From Escherichia phage ECp13: 64,000 bases of DNA. The notes under the pieces are model-generated. The model had not been told where the DNA came from, made no database searches, and was given only the letters and a program-made list of their open reading frames with translations. The position numbers and the translations under genes are program-made. Where the stretch lies: sequence record PP274704.1. The stretch is one strand, 5' to 3'. This document shows, one piece after another, positions 33,334 to 43,974 of the stretch (the stretch's first letter is position 1; the number at the start of each line of letters is the position of its first letter).

Positions 33334-33564
33334 TTAAAAGCTTTCTTCTACTTCATCGTCTGAATCTTCTAATTCAGCTCTTTTTCCTGCCAAAGCATCT
33401 CTGACTGAGATGTCATCAGTATCTTTTAATTCAGTTTCTTTAACTCTTTTCTTATAATAAGCTTCAAGTTCTTCTAGACCTTCTATTGTTTGACAAGAGG
33501 CAATTTTACCCATAAATTCATCAATAGAAGCTTCATAAAGAAATTGTTTAAATTCTAGTAACAT
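33334..33564 (-). CDS. UvsW.1 small protein
   Basis: 76 aa from the ATG at 33564 (the track ORF extends to a TTG at 33576); lies between uvsW and uvsY. Confidence 0.6.
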   Translation of the reverse strand: MLLEFKQFLYEASIDEFMGKIASCQTIEGLEELEAYYKKRVKETELKDTDDISVRDALAGKRAELEDSDDEVEESF

Positions 33565-33576
33565 CTTTTTCTCCAA

Positions 33577-33590
33577 AGGGCCGAAGCCCT
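33577..33590 (-). other. hairpin at the uvsW stop
   Basis: AGGGC-CGAA-GCCCT overlapping the uvsW stop codon. Confidence 0.35.
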
Positions 33591-35101
33591 TATAAATTAA
33601 CTGTTTTCATTACGTAATTAAATTTTTCATCTGCATATCGCTGAATACGATCAATGCCGTGTTTTAAAAGATAGTTCAAATGAACGTATTTCTTTTTCGT
33701 ATTAGCAGATTTTGGCTTAACACCGCAATCATCTATGAGGTCCCAGACTGTTGCGATTGTTTTAGAACCGTGTTTACGTAATACGCGACCTATTGTTTGC
33801 AATACAATAATTTTAGATTTAACACCGTGTGCTAAAACAACGTGATGCAGATTTTTAACTGAAATACCAGTAGAAAATACACCATAACTAGCTACTATAA
33901 TTATTCCTTTACCGTTTTCAGCTAAGGTTTTCATTACATTGCGGGTTTCGGTATCAACTTCCCCTGATACGTAATAAACTTTATCGTATTCATTTTTAAT
34001 TAAATCGAAAATAGCTTTACCATGTGATACATGCTTAAACATGACAAAAGCGTTTTCATCTTTTTGTGCAAGCTTAATAGCTAATTTAGCGATCCATTTA
34101 TTTCTTTTACTGAGCCCAGTAATAATTTTTATTTCTTCTTGGTAAGTTTTTCCCTTTAATTTAGTAGTGAACTCATCGGGATAGCGAAGAAAAATACTAT
34201 TAATTTTTAACTCGGTTACTTGTCCATCTTCCATTAATTTAGAAGTAGTTACTGGCTTAAATATTTCACCAAACATTCCAACATACTGCATGATATTAGC
34301 TTTGCCATCACGTAATGAACCAGATAAACCGAATTTGAACATGCAGTTATTTAAACCTGATATGATAGATGAAATACTTTTTCCAGTAGCAAGATGACAT
34401 TCATCATTCATCATCATTCCAAACTGTGAGAACCATTCTTTCGGTTGTTTTACTACAGTTTGCCATGTACCAACAACGACTGGTGCATCATTTTTATATT
34501 TATCATCTTTTGATGCTCCACCGCCGATTTTCTTTATCATTGCATGACTGAATAAACGATAGTCAACAAAGTCATCAGCCATCTGAGTTGTCAGAGCAGT
34601 TGTTGGAACAATGATAAGAATTTTACCTTCATAATTTTCCAAATAATATCGAGCAAGCAAAGCTTGAATTAAAGATTTACCTGCGGATGTTGGAAGATTA
34701 AGAATTCTACGACGATTAACTAATCCTTCGAACACTGCATCTTTTTGATACCAGTGTGGTTCAATTCTTTTATTTCCTGAATAGATTTCTAATTTAGAAA
34801 GCCATTCATCAAAATCTTTTCTTGATAATTCTTCTTTTTCGTTAATCTGTGGGTCAATCCAGGCTTTATAGCCAAAGTTATCACAGAACTTTTTAATTTG
34901 CCCAACTAAGCCGAATGGAAGAAGGCGATTATAATCTAAAAGACGGATTCGTCCATCCCAGTGGCCATATTTGTACTTCGGATTAAAACGATACCCATCA
35001 GCTTCAAAGCTAAAGAAATCACGGAGTTCATGAAATGTACTTTCTTCACAATCAATTCTCACGTGACTAAAATCATAAAAATGTACTTTAATGTCAGTCA
35101 T
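33590..35101 (-). CDS. uvsW: RNA-DNA / DNA-DNA helicase UvsW
   Basis: 503 aa; helicase motifs PTSAGKS (Walker A) and DECH. Confidence 0.9.
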   Translation of the reverse strand: MTDIKVHFYDFSHVRIDCEESTFHELRDFFSFEADGYRFNPKYKYGHWDGRIRLLDYNRLLPFGLVGQIKKFCDNFGYKAWIDPQINEKEELSRKDFDEWLSKLEIYSGNKRIEPHWYQKDAVFEGLVNRRRILNLPTSAGKSLIQALLARYYLENYEGKILIIVPTTALTTQMADDFVDYRLFSHAMIKKIGGGASKDDKYKNDAPVVVGTWQTVVKQPKEWFSQFGMMMNDECHLATGKSISSIISGLNNCMFKFGLSGSLRDGKANIMQYVGMFGEIFKPVTTSKLMEDGQVTELKINSIFLRYPDEFTTKLKGKTYQEEIKIITGLSKRNKWIAKLAIKLAQKDENAFVMFKHVSHGKAIFDLIKNEYDKVYYVSGEVDTETRNVMKTLAENGKGIIIVASYGVFSTGISVKNLHHVVLAHGVKSKIIVLQTIGRVLRKHGSKTIATVWDLIDDCGVKPKSANTKKKYVHLNYLLKHGIDRIQRYADEKFNYVMKTVNL

Positions 35102-35130
35102 GTCTAAATACCGTGTAATAAATATATCTA

Positions 35131-35138
35131 TATTTATA
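35131..35138 (-). promoter_or_regulatory. late promoter TATAAATA for uvsW
   Basis: Plus-strand TATTTATA about 30 nt upstream of the uvsW start. Confidence 0.5.
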
Positions 35139-35151
35139 CTGAGGAAATATT

Positions 35152-35832
35152 ATGATAGATAAAGATTATATTGCAGAGCTGAAGGCTCTTGATGATAATA
35201 AAGAAGCTAAAGCTAAATTAGCTGAATATGCTGAACAGTTTGGTATAAAGGTCAAAAAGAATAAATCTTTTGATAATATCGTTAATGATATTGAAGAAGC
35301 TTTCCAGAAGCTCGCTAGTGAACCTATGCCAGAGACTGATGGGTTATCTATTAAAGACTTAATTGATGCTGCTGATGCCGCAGACGGATTAAAATATGAC
35401 GATGAAGAAGTCAATCCAGAGGCAGCACTTCTGATTGATTCTCCGGTTAAATCTGACATTAAAATTGAAGTAGTAGAAACGGATAAAATTCCTGAAAATA
35501 CCGATGTTTTGATTGAAGATACTCCTTTTGTTGAAGAAAAATTCGAACAGGCTGTAGCTGAGATTATTGAATCTGAAAAGCCGTCTGTATTTACTCTTCC
35601 GGAAAACTTTAGCCCAAATCTTCAGCTGATTGGAAAAAATCCAGGATTCTGCACTGTTCCTTGGTGGATTTACCAATGGATTGCTGAAACTCCGGATTGG
35701 AAATCTCACCCAACTAGTTTTGAACATGCGTCTGCTCATCAAACTTTGTTTAGCTTAATTTACTACATTAATCGTGACGGATCAGTTCTAATTCGTGAAA
35801 CACGCAATTCTTCTTTCGTAACATTAAAATAA
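35152..35832 (+). CDS. inh: putative Inh, inhibitor of the prohead protease
   Basis: 226 aa; position between uvsW and hoc; acidic N-terminal half. Confidence 0.55.
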   Translation: MIDKDYIAELKALDDNKEAKAKLAEYAEQFGIKVKKNKSFDNIVNDIEEAFQKLASEPMPETDGLSIKDLIDAADAADGLKYDDEEVNPEAALLIDSPVKSDIKIEVVETDKIPENTDVLIEDTPFVEEKFEQAVAEIIESEKPSVFTLPENFSPNLQLIGKNPGFCTVPWWIYQWIAETPDWKSHPTSFEHASAHQTLFSLIYYINRDGSVLIRETRNSSFVTLK

Positions 35833-35841
35833 GGATAACTT

Positions 35842-37260
35842 ATGGCTTTTACAGTTGATATAACTCCTAAAACACCTACTGGAGTTATTGATGAAACCAA
35901 GCAGTTTACTGCTGCACCAAGTGGTCAAACCGAAGGTGGAACTATTACCTATGCTTGGAGTGTAGATAATGTTCCACAGGATGGAGCTGAAGCAACTTTT
36001 GATTATGTATTAAAAGGACCTGCCGGTCAAAAGACTATTAAGGTGGTTGCAACAAATACAGTTCCAGAAGCTGATCCTGAAACAGCAGAAACTACGACAA
36101 CTATCACAGTTAAAAATAAAACACAAACAACTACCTTGGCAGTAACTCCTGCTAGTCCTCCAGCTGGAGTAATCGGAACAGCTGTCCAATTTACTGCTGC
36201 CTTAGCTTCACAGCCATCGGGCGCAACAGCCACGTATCAATGGCACGTTGACGGTTCTCCTGTAAGCGAAGCAACTTCTGCTACATTCAATTACACTCCT
36301 ACCACAAGTGGAGTTAAAAAAATCAAGTGCATAGCTCAAGTAACTGCGGCAGATTATGATGCACTGAGCGTTACTTCTAATGAAGTGTCACTGACAGTTA
36401 ATAAAAAGACGCAGACAACTACCTTAGCTGTAACTCCTAATAGTCCTTCAGCTGGAGTAATTGGAACCCCAGTTCAATTTACTGCTGCCTTAGCTTCTCA
36501 ACCCGATGGCGCAACTGCTACATATAAATGGTATGTAGATGATTCTCAAATTGGTGGAGAAACTAACTCTACATTTAACTATACTCCAACTACAAGTGGA
36601 GTAAAAAGAATTAAATGTGTAGCGCAAGTAACTGCAGAAAATTACAATGAAAAGGAAGTTACTTCCAACGAAGTGTCACTGACGGTTAATAAGAAGACAA
36701 TGAATCCACAGGTTGCATTGACTCCTCCTTCTATTAACGTTCAGCAAGATGCTTCGGCTACATTTACAGCTAATGTTACTGGAGCACCTGAAGCAGCACA
36801 AATTACTTATTCATGGAAGAAAGATTCTTCTCCTGTGGAAGGGTCAACTAACGTATACACCGTTGACACCTCATCTATTGGAAGTCAAACTATTGAAGTT
36901 ACTGCTGTCGTTACAGCAACTGACTATGACAGTAAAACAGTTAAAGCAACAGGCCAAGTTCAGGTGACTGATAAAGTTGCTCCGGAACCAGAAGGTGAAT
37001 TGCCTTATGTTCATCCTCTTCCACATCGTACTTCAGCTTATATCTGGTGCGGTTGGTGGGTTATGGATGAAATCCAAAAAATGACCGAAGAAGGTAAAGA
37101 TTGGAAAACTGAAGATCCAGATAGTAAATACTACCTGCACCGTTACACCCTTCAGAAGATGATGAAAGACTATCCAGAAGTTGATGTTCAAGAATCACGT
37201 AATGGATACATCATTCATAAAACTGCTTTAGAAACTGGTATCATCTATACCTATCCATAA
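35842..37260 (+). CDS. hoc: highly immunogenic outer capsid protein Hoc with four Ig-like repeats
   Basis: 472 aa; repeated Ig-like modules (...TQTTTLAVTP...VQFTAALASQP...ATYxW...) and a conserved C-terminal capsid-binding region. Confidence 0.8.
   Translation: MAFTVDITPKTPTGVIDETKQFTAAPSGQTEGGTITYAWSVDNVPQDGAEATFDYVLKGPAGQKTIKVVATNTVPEADPETAETTTTITVKNKTQTTTLAVTPASPPAGVIGTAVQFTAALASQPSGATATYQWHVDGSPVSEATSATFNYTPTTSGVKKIKCIAQVTAADYDALSVTSNEVSLTVNKKTQTTTLAVTPNSPSAGVIGTPVQFTAALASQPDGATATYKWYVDDSQIGGETNSTFNYTPTTSGVKRIKCVAQVTAENYNEKEVTSNEVSLTVNKKTMNPQVALTPPSINVQQDASATFTANVTGAPEAAQITYSWKKDSSPVEGSTNVYTVDTSSIGSQTIEVTAVVTATDYDSKTVKATGQVQVTDKVAPEPEGELPYVHPLPHRTSAYIWCGWWVMDEIQKMTEEGKDWKTEDPDSKYYLHRYTLQKMMKDYPEVDVQESRNGYIIHKTALETGIIYTYP
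36115..36696 (+). repeat. two tandem ~291-bp units inside hoc, each encoding one Ig-like domain
   Basis: Units 36115-36405 and 36406-36696 align end to end at roughly 80% nucleotide identity (estimated by eye). Confidence 0.6.
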
Positions 37261-37266
37261 TCATAA

Positions 37267-37291
37267 GGGCTTCGGCCCCTTTCTTCATTTT
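37267..37291 (+). terminator. rho-independent terminator after hoc
   Basis: GGGC-TTCG-GCCC hairpin followed by CTTTCTTCATTTT. Confidence 0.6.
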
Positions 37292-37348
37292 GAAAGCACA
37301 CAAAACACACTCATAAAATGATGTATATAATGGCACCAACTCGATAAC

Positions 37349-37564
37349 ATGAGATTGATTATGAGAACTGAGGTTGTGGTGTTTACACTCCATGAGTCTG
37401 GAAAGTCATTCATTGAAATTGCTCGTGAATTGAACTTACAGGCAAAAGAAGTGGCTGTATTATGGGCTCGAGCTATGACTGCTAAGAATAAATTTGAGAC
37501 TCGAGAAAAAGTTGTCTATAGAAAAAGACATATTAATAAAAAGGTGAAAAATGGAACAGTATGA
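37349..37564 (+). CDS. hypothetical protein
   Basis: 71-aa ORF. Confidence 0.35.
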   Translation: MRLIMRTEVVVFTLHESGKSFIEIARELNLQAKEVAVLWARAMTAKNKFETREKVVYRKRHINKKVKNGTV

Positions 37565-37829
37565 TCTTTATGAAAATGAATCTTTTGCTAATCAATTACG
37601 AGAAAAAGCACTTAAAAGCAAACAGTTTAAGCTAGAGTGTTTTATTAAAGATTTTTCAGAACTTGCTAATAAAGCAGCTGAACAAGGTAAAACATATTTT
37701 AGTTATTATTGCACTGCTCGCGATAAATTGATTACTGAAGAAATTGGTGATTGGCTGAGAAAAGAAGGATTTAGCTTTAAAGTCAATAGTGATCAGCGTG
37801 ATGGTGATTGGTTAGAAATTACATTTTGA
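37551..37829 (+). CDS. hypothetical protein
   Basis: 92-aa ORF. Confidence 0.4.
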   Translation: MEQYDLYENESFANQLREKALKSKQFKLECFIKDFSELANKAAEQGKTYFSYYCTARDKLITEEIGDWLRKEGFSFKVNSDQRDGDWLEITF

Positions 37830-37838
37830 GGATTAATT

Positions 37839-38843
37839 ATGTTTAAAAAGTATAGCAGTCTTGAAAATCATTACAATTCTAAATTTATTGAAAAACTTTA
37901 TAGTTTAGGATTGACTGGTGGCGAATGGGTAGCTCGTGAAAAGATTCATGGCACAAATTTCTCATTAATTATTGAGCGTGATAAAGCAACTTGTGCTAAA
38001 CGTACTGGTCCTATTCTTCCTGCTGAAGATTTCTTTGGGTATGAAATTATTTTGAAGAATTACGCTGATTCCATTAAAGCAGTACAAGATATTATGGAAA
38101 CTTCAGCAGTTGTATCTTATCAAGTCTTTGGCGAATTCGCTGGACCTGGCATTCAGAAGAATGTCGATTATGGTGATAAAGATTTTTATGTATTTGACAT
38201 TATTGTTACTACCGAAAGTGGTGATGTGACTTATGTCGATGATTATATGATGGAATCATTCTGCAATACATTTAAATTTAAAATGGCTCCACTTTTAGGT
38301 CGCGGTAAATTTGAAGAGCTTATTAAATTGCCAAATGATTTAGATTCTGTCGTCCAAGATTATAATTTTACAGTAGACCATGCTGGATTAGTTGATGCAA
38401 ATAAATGCGTTTGGAATGCTGAAGCAAAAGGCGAAGTATTTACCGCTGAAGGATATGTATTGAAACCTTGTTATCCTTCTTGGATGCCTAATGGCAATCG
38501 CGTAGCTATCAAATGCAAGAACTCTAAATTTAGTGAAAAGAAAAAGTCTGATAAGCCTATTAAAGCTAAAGTTGAGTTGTCAGAAGCTGATAATAAATTG
38601 CTGGGAATTTTAGCTTGTTATGTTACACTGAACCGAGTAAATAACGTTATTTCTAAAATTGGCGAAATTGGTCCAAAAGATTTTGGAAAGGTGATGGGAC
38701 TAACGGTTCAAGATATTTTGGAAGAAACTTCTCGTGAAGGTATTACTCTAACTCAAGCGGATAATCCTTCTTTGATTAAGAAGGAATTAGTTAAAATGGT
38801 ACAAGATGTACTTCGTCCGGCTTGGATTGAATTGGTAAGTTAA
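37839..38843 (+). CDS. rnlB: RNA ligase 2
   Basis: 334 aa; nucleotidyltransferase motif I KIHGTN; sequence recognised as T4 Rnl2. Confidence 0.9.
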   Translation: MFKKYSSLENHYNSKFIEKLYSLGLTGGEWVAREKIHGTNFSLIIERDKATCAKRTGPILPAEDFFGYEIILKNYADSIKAVQDIMETSAVVSYQVFGEFAGPGIQKNVDYGDKDFYVFDIIVTTESGDVTYVDDYMMESFCNTFKFKMAPLLGRGKFEELIKLPNDLDSVVQDYNFTVDHAGLVDANKCVWNAEAKGEVFTAEGYVLKPCYPSWMPNGNRVAIKCKNSKFSEKKKSDKPIKAKVELSEADNKLLGILACYVTLNRVNNVISKIGEIGPKDFGKVMGLTVQDILEETSREGITLTQADNPSLIKKELVKMVQDVLRPAWIELVS

Positions 38844-38849
38844 ATAAAA

Positions 38850-38867
38850 AGGGACCTTTCGGTCCCT
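38850..38867. terminator. bidirectional terminator between rnlB and gene 24
   Basis: AGGGACC-TTTC-GGTCCCT with T-runs on both strands. Confidence 0.7.
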
Positions 38868-38872
38868 TTGTT

Positions 38873-40156
38873 TTATTCATCAATGATAATTTTTGGTAGC
38901 TTAACACCTAATAAAACAGACAAATCTGAACGACCCGCCATTTTATCCATGTCTCCACCATCAATTACTCTTGCTTCTTTTTCATCTTTTGCTACAGTGT
39001 AAGGATTTGCAGATAAAGCATATCTAACTAATAAACCGATAGATGGCTGCAAACTTTCTGGATCAACTACAACTTTAAATGCACCTACATGTTCAGGGTC
39101 ATCTAAGTCAAGACCTTCTGTATACGGAGCATAGAAAATTGACCCAACAATTTCTTTTTCACCGATATTTTCTACTACGCCAACGATTACATAATCTAAT
39201 GGGCTGTTGGTATCGCAATAAAGCGGTAAACCATTAGCTAAGAACCCGTAGGCATTTTGTGAAAGATATTTGTCATCTTCTGGTTTATGTTTTAACCAAC
39301 CTGATGCAGCAAGAATTGCAGCGGCACGAGCTGAAGCAACACAGAATGTTGCAGTATAAGTTGATTCTTTTTGGATATGCGAAACCATTTCACATACCAT
39401 TCGGTATAATGAACGACCAGCTTCAGGTGCAGATGCATAACTCAAATCAATGAATCCAGTATCAGTAATTCCTGTAACTTTATAGCGTTTTGACACTGTA
39501 ATCAAAGACTGCAGAATATCTTTATTGATTTCATCTGCCATTTCGGTTGCAAGCAAATCTTCCAAGAAATTAGGAGCATCGAATCCATTTGCTTCTAAAT
39601 CTTGTGCTAATTCAACTGTGATGCCAGTTTTAAGTTTACGAGATTTAACCGCGGTTTGCCATTTATTAATCTGGAATCTAGCATCCGCAATTTCACTATC
39701 AGAGCTTTCAAATTTGCTTGTTACTGCAGCATCAGAAAATAGACGAACCTTTAAAAGAACAATTGCAATCTGAAGAGCTAATTCTAAATCGCTTTCTTCA
39801 ATATCAGCAAATGGTGTATCTTCTAATACTTTATAAACGATATTATTATATTTGAATAAATCGCCTTTATTGAGAGTTAATTTAGACTCTTCTGTTAATT
39901 CTGTGATTTGTTCTCGGTCTACATACCCAGCTTCGCCGGCGTAAGTAGCACCAGTTTTAAATGTAAATTCGTTATCTGGGTTAAGGTATTTGATACCATA
40001 AAAAGCAGCAACAGGTTGATTAGTTCTTTGCGTTGCTACAATGTCAGAATATATTAATTTAGTGGTAGCGCGAGTCAAAGCAACGAGATTTGGGCGACCG
40101 ATTGAGTTGCTATTCGTTGTGGTTGATTCGCGCAGAAGTTCGTTGATTTTAGCCAT
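38873..40156 (-). CDS. 24: capsid vertex protein
   Basis: 427 aa; paralog of gp23; late promoter upstream. Confidence 0.9.
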   Translation of the reverse strand: MAKINELLRESTTTNSNSIGRPNLVALTRATTKLIYSDIVATQRTNQPVAAFYGIKYLNPDNEFTFKTGATYAGEAGYVDREQITELTEESKLTLNKGDLFKYNNIVYKVLEDTPFADIEESDLELALQIAIVLLKVRLFSDAAVTSKFESSDSEIADARFQINKWQTAVKSRKLKTGITVELAQDLEANGFDAPNFLEDLLATEMADEINKDILQSLITVSKRYKVTGITDTGFIDLSYASAPEAGRSLYRMVCEMVSHIQKESTYTATFCVASARAAAILAASGWLKHKPEDDKYLSQNAYGFLANGLPLYCDTNSPLDYVIVGVVENIGEKEIVGSIFYAPYTEGLDLDDPEHVGAFKVVVDPESLQPSIGLLVRYALSANPYTVAKDEKEARVIDGGDMDKMAGRSDLSVLLGVKLPKIIIDE

Positions 40157-40183
40157 TGCGCTTTCCTTTTGGTTTATATGATT

Positions 40184-40191
40184 TATTTATA
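40184..40191 (-). promoter_or_regulatory. late promoter TATAAATA for gene 24
   Basis: Plus-strand TATTTATA 28 nt upstream of the gene 24 ATG. Confidence 0.6.
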
Positions 40192-40206
40192 CCATAAAAA
40201 CAACTA

Positions 40207-40226
40207 AAGGGACCCGAAGGTCCCTT
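40207..40226 (-). terminator. terminator after gene 23
   Basis: AAGGGACC-CGAA-GGTCCCTT hairpin between the gene 23 stop and the gene 24 late promoter. Confidence 0.65.
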
Positions 40227-40239
40227 AAATCGTCAAAGA

Positions 40240-41805
40240 TTAGATACCTTTAACATATACACGGCGGAAGTAAGCGTTTTTACCAAGGCTATTCAGAATA
40301 GAAGGCATACCGCTCTGGATGCGAGAAGCCGGAGCCTGAGCAGCGGATTCTGCAAATGGGTTGATACCGATACCGTAACGAGTTTTGAATCCCATTACTG
40401 GTTGGAAGTTCTTCGGATCGGAACCACGCAGCGGAGTCAGAGCTACATATGGAGCGTAGTAAATACCAGCATCCATTTCGTTCGGACCTTTATAACCTAC
40501 AGTGAAATAATCCTGTTTAGCATACTGGTCGATATATACACGGTATTTACCACCCAGAACACCAGCAAATACTGACTTAGTAGTATCAGTGTTAAAGCCG
40601 GTAGCCAGACCCTGTGCAGCATAAGAAATGCCAGTATCAACTGAAGCCAGAACGTTAACTACGTTACGGGAAGCGATAATGAAGTTACCTTCACCACGAC
40701 CGGTCTGACGAGCAATTTCAACTGCTTCTTTGTCAATCTGGAACAACAGAGCTTTAAAGGATTCACCCGCCCAGCGAGCACCACGAATATCAATCGGATC
40801 CTGGAAGTCAAACACACCAGCTTTAGAACCCGGAGTCAGGGTCATACCAGATTTACCAACCTGAGCTGAGTAGTTAATCCAATCAACAACTTCACGGTTG
40901 ATTTCCAGCATGATTTCGGTAGCCAGAATACCAGACAGTTCAGCATCAGCATCCATACCGTGAACAGCGCGGAGGTCTTGTGCTAATTCGATAGAGTAAG
41001 CAGCTTTCAGCTGGCGAGATTTAGCTTCGATAACTTGTTTATCGATACGGAAGCCCATTTCATTCCATGGGTTATCGGTAGAACCGTTGAAACCTTCCTG
41101 AAGTTCAGCGATAGAAGTAGCCATACCTTCAGCGATTTCTACCAGTACACCAGCTTCCATTTGTTTCTTAATTTCAGCATCTAATTTAGCTGCATCATCC
41201 GCAGTAGAACTAATTGTTACTTGAGCAGAAGCTTGCAGATACACAGTACCAGTGTCCTGGAAGAAGTGAGTATAGATATCACCTACTGTAGTTTGTGTAC
41301 TAGCAGCCAGAGCTGGGAATTTCTTAGCAGCACCCTGACCAGAGAACATTGCATCTGGACCATACATTGGGTGGAATGCTTCTTTAGCACCGGCAGCGAT
41401 TGGGTCTTTACCATATACTGCACGCAGTGCGAATACCTGGCCAGTCGGGCTGTTCATCGGCTGAACACCGCAAATGTCGAAAGCAATCAGGTTAGGAATA
41501 GCACGACGTACCATACCCATAACAGCTGGGCCAATCTGAGTTACTGCGCCAGAAGTCTGACCTGCAGCGATGTTGGTAGCATTGTAACCGTGGTCACCAC
41601 CGATTTCAGCTTCTGTTAAGAAAGAACCGAATGCCTGAGCAATTTTTTCGTCTTTATATTCCGGAGCTGTCTGGAAATCTTTTTCCTGGTTTTCAAAGAT
41701 TTTAGCGATAATCGCTTGTTTGCTATTAGCAATTTCCGGTAAACCTTCACCTTCCAGTAATGGCTTCCATTTGTTCAAAAGTTCAGCTTTAGTTTTGATA
41801 GTCAT
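40240..41805 (-). CDS. 23: major capsid protein
   Basis: 521 aa; sequence recognised as gp23 (MTIKTKAELLNKWKPLLEGEG...). Confidence 0.97.
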   Translation of the reverse strand: MTIKTKAELLNKWKPLLEGEGLPEIANSKQAIIAKIFENQEKDFQTAPEYKDEKIAQAFGSFLTEAEIGGDHGYNATNIAAGQTSGAVTQIGPAVMGMVRRAIPNLIAFDICGVQPMNSPTGQVFALRAVYGKDPIAAGAKEAFHPMYGPDAMFSGQGAAKKFPALAASTQTTVGDIYTHFFQDTGTVYLQASAQVTISSTADDAAKLDAEIKKQMEAGVLVEIAEGMATSIAELQEGFNGSTDNPWNEMGFRIDKQVIEAKSRQLKAAYSIELAQDLRAVHGMDADAELSGILATEIMLEINREVVDWINYSAQVGKSGMTLTPGSKAGVFDFQDPIDIRGARWAGESFKALLFQIDKEAVEIARQTGRGEGNFIIASRNVVNVLASVDTGISYAAQGLATGFNTDTTKSVFAGVLGGKYRVYIDQYAKQDYFTVGYKGPNEMDAGIYYAPYVALTPLRGSDPKNFQPVMGFKTRYGIGINPFAESAAQAPASRIQSGMPSILNSLGKNAYFRRVYVKGI

Positions 41806-41823
41806 TTGTGTTAACCTTTAAAA

Positions 41824-42633
41824 TTAGAAACGAGATGCGACTTTCGCATATACACTTACAATATCTTCTGCACCAGGTGCAGCTTTATCTTCTACAGCTT
41901 CAGTGACGAAATTCAGTCCGGCTGCTTCAGTATCAGGAGTATTTATACTCTCAGTAATAGTGCTTTCATCTTTATTAGATTTCTTCACCATTTCTACGAT
42001 GGCACTCAATTTACTTGAGAATGCATCTGAATAATCCATACCTTCGACCAGAGCAGAGACTTTTTCTTTTTGAGACTCAGTCAGATCTTTAGTACTTTCG
42101 CTCAATGCCACTTCACGCTGCACATAATTAATATATGCGTCGCGCATATTGAGTTCTTCGAACAGACGAGCTGATTCTTCTTTATGTTCTTGCAGCTCTT
42201 CTTCCATTTCAGCTACAACATCAACTGATTCTTCTGGAACAACAACGTTGTGTTCAACAAAGAGCTCTTTTAATCCACCAAGCATGGATTCAAACAGTTC
42301 GGCTTTGATGCCTTTATCAACTGCTAATTTATTTTCAGCGAGCCATTCTTTTGCAAGATGGTCGATGAATTTAGAAGCTTGCTCAGCGATTTTCTTCTCA
42401 GCTTTTTCTTCGGCTTCTTCTTTATTTTTTTCTACTTCTTCTTCTGCTTTTTCAGCAATTTTAGCGATATGAGATTCAGCTAATTTAACGGCGTGCTGCT
42501 TGACGGTAGCTTCGAATACAGTGCCGAAAGTTTCTTTTGCTTCCGGAGAAATATTAACTGATTCGAAAATACTATCAAGAGCAACGGAAGCATCAATTTT
42601 TTGCGCTTCAGCAATCAGTTGTTCTTTAAGCAT
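41824..42633 (-). CDS. 22: prohead core scaffold protein
   Basis: 269 aa; acidic coiled-coil-type sequence; synteny. Confidence 0.85.
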   Translation of the reverse strand: MLKEQLIAEAQKIDASVALDSIFESVNISPEAKETFGTVFEATVKQHAVKLAESHIAKIAEKAEEEVEKNKEEAEEKAEKKIAEQASKFIDHLAKEWLAENKLAVDKGIKAELFESMLGGLKELFVEHNVVVPEESVDVVAEMEEELQEHKEESARLFEELNMRDAYINYVQREVALSESTKDLTESQKEKVSALVEGMDYSDAFSSKLSAIVEMVKKSNKDESTITESINTPDTEAAGLNFVTEAVEDKAAPGAEDIVSVYAKVASRF

Positions 42634-42660
42634 TTTGTAGTCCTGTTGTTTAGATAATAA

Positions 42661-42668
42661 TATTTATA
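42661..42668 (-). promoter_or_regulatory. late promoter TATAAATA for gene 22
   Basis: Plus-strand TATTTATA at the 3' end of gene 21. Confidence 0.5.
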
Positions 42669-43302
42669 ACGCTTTTTTCATGGCCTCTGCGAGAGCCATA
42701 TAGGCGTCATCGGCACTTGTATCGGCTTCCGCCGTCTGTGATTCGGTAATTTCCTTAGGAGTTACCCATGCATCTGGAGCACTTGGACCCCATACTGCAT
42801 CAACACCTACAGTTAATTTGAATCCTTCGTTTACGATACGATAACCTTTATTTGTGTCAGTCAATGAACCTAATCCACGAGAAGAAACTCCTGGAATCCA
42901 TCCGGCACGAATATTAGCTGCTAATTTATCTCCAGGACCATGGTCACCTTCAATAACACGAGCTCGTCCGTATACGTCATTTCCTTTCCACCACATATCT
43001 TCTATAATGATAGCGGCTTGCATCGGGTCAACATTAGCGCGTGGAGGATGATTTAATTCTCCGAGAGCTTGTTTAGTTAAAACTTGCTCATTGATATAGT
43101 CTTTTACCGCTTTTTCTAATATGCGTTTTGGATAAAGACGTTTATTTCTATTGACGACTTCCGCTTGCATGAATATTCCTTCGATGTATAAACCAGGTTT
43201 TAAACCGAGGTCTTTTCCATCATGAGATTCAAGCATTGGCACGCCATCAATAATTTCGCCAGGTTGACCCCAAGTTTCAATTAGTAATTGGGGTTCATTC
43301 AT
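42664..43302 (-). CDS. 21: prohead core protease
   Basis: 212 aa; synteny and size match T4 gp21. Confidence 0.9.
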   Translation of the reverse strand: MNEPQLLIETWGQPGEIIDGVPMLESHDGKDLGLKPGLYIEGIFMQAEVVNRNKRLYPKRILEKAVKDYINEQVLTKQALGELNHPPRANVDPMQAAIIIEDMWWKGNDVYGRARVIEGDHGPGDKLAANIRAGWIPGVSSRGLGSLTDTNKGYRIVNEGFKLTVGVDAVWGPSAPDAWVTPKEITESQTAEADTSADDAYMALAEAMKKAL

Positions 43303-43727
43303 TAGCTTAATCCTAATGCTTTACGGCGTTTAAGAGCTTTTTTACGCTTACGCTGAGCACGAGATTGACCTGCTGGATTGGCAATCTTCGTTTTGGTAGC
43401 TTTGCGAGCAATTTGTCTACGTTTTGCTTTAGACAGCCCGGTGGTTTGAAATGCATTACGTTCACGCGTTTTGCGGTCTTTGGTACGTGTAATTTCACCA
43501 CGAGCAGAAACATGTTTAACGATGAATTCATTTAGCGGCATATCTTCATTAATAGAAGCTAATGCAATCGCTAAATCAGTTTCATCATCAAGCATATTCT
43601 CGACAATTGTATTTATATCGTCTTTATTTAAAGCAGAAGACAATTCGTCAAAGCGACCCTGTGCTTCAGGAATAAGTGCTTCGACATTCTCGAGAACCAA
43701 TTCATGAGTTTCAGGGATCAGAAGCAT
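43302..43727 (-). CDS. 68: prohead core protein
   Basis: 141 aa; synteny. Confidence 0.7.
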   Translation of the reverse strand: MLLIPETHELVLENVEALIPEAQGRFDELSSALNKDDINTIVENMLDDETDLAIALASINEDMPLNEFIVKHVSARGEITRTKDRKTRERNAFQTTGLSKAKRRQIARKATKTKIANPAGQSRAQRKRKKALKRRKALGLS

Positions 43728-43974
43728 TATTCATCATCCTCGTCTTCGTCAGAGTCTTTGTCTTTTTTGTCGTCTTTATCATCGCTATCTTCATCATCCT
43801 CGTCTTCGTCATCATCCTCATCATCAGGTTCTTCACCTTCGATTAAGAAATTGCGAGCGATAGCGATTTTTTCTTCTTTAATTAAATCAATCGTTCTTGC
43901 AGCCATGGCTTCAGCAAATAATTTACGAGCGGCTACGAGGTCGTTTGATTTAATAGCTTCAATTAAACCTTCCA

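Noticed and set aside
36027-36233. Minus-strand ORF inside hoc
   Set aside because: Antisense shadow in the repeat region.
41221-41619. 132-aa plus-strand ORF inside gene 23
   Set aside because: Antisense to the major capsid gene.
42149-42472. Ser-rich plus-strand ORF inside gene 22
   Set aside because: Antisense shadow of the acidic scaffold gene.
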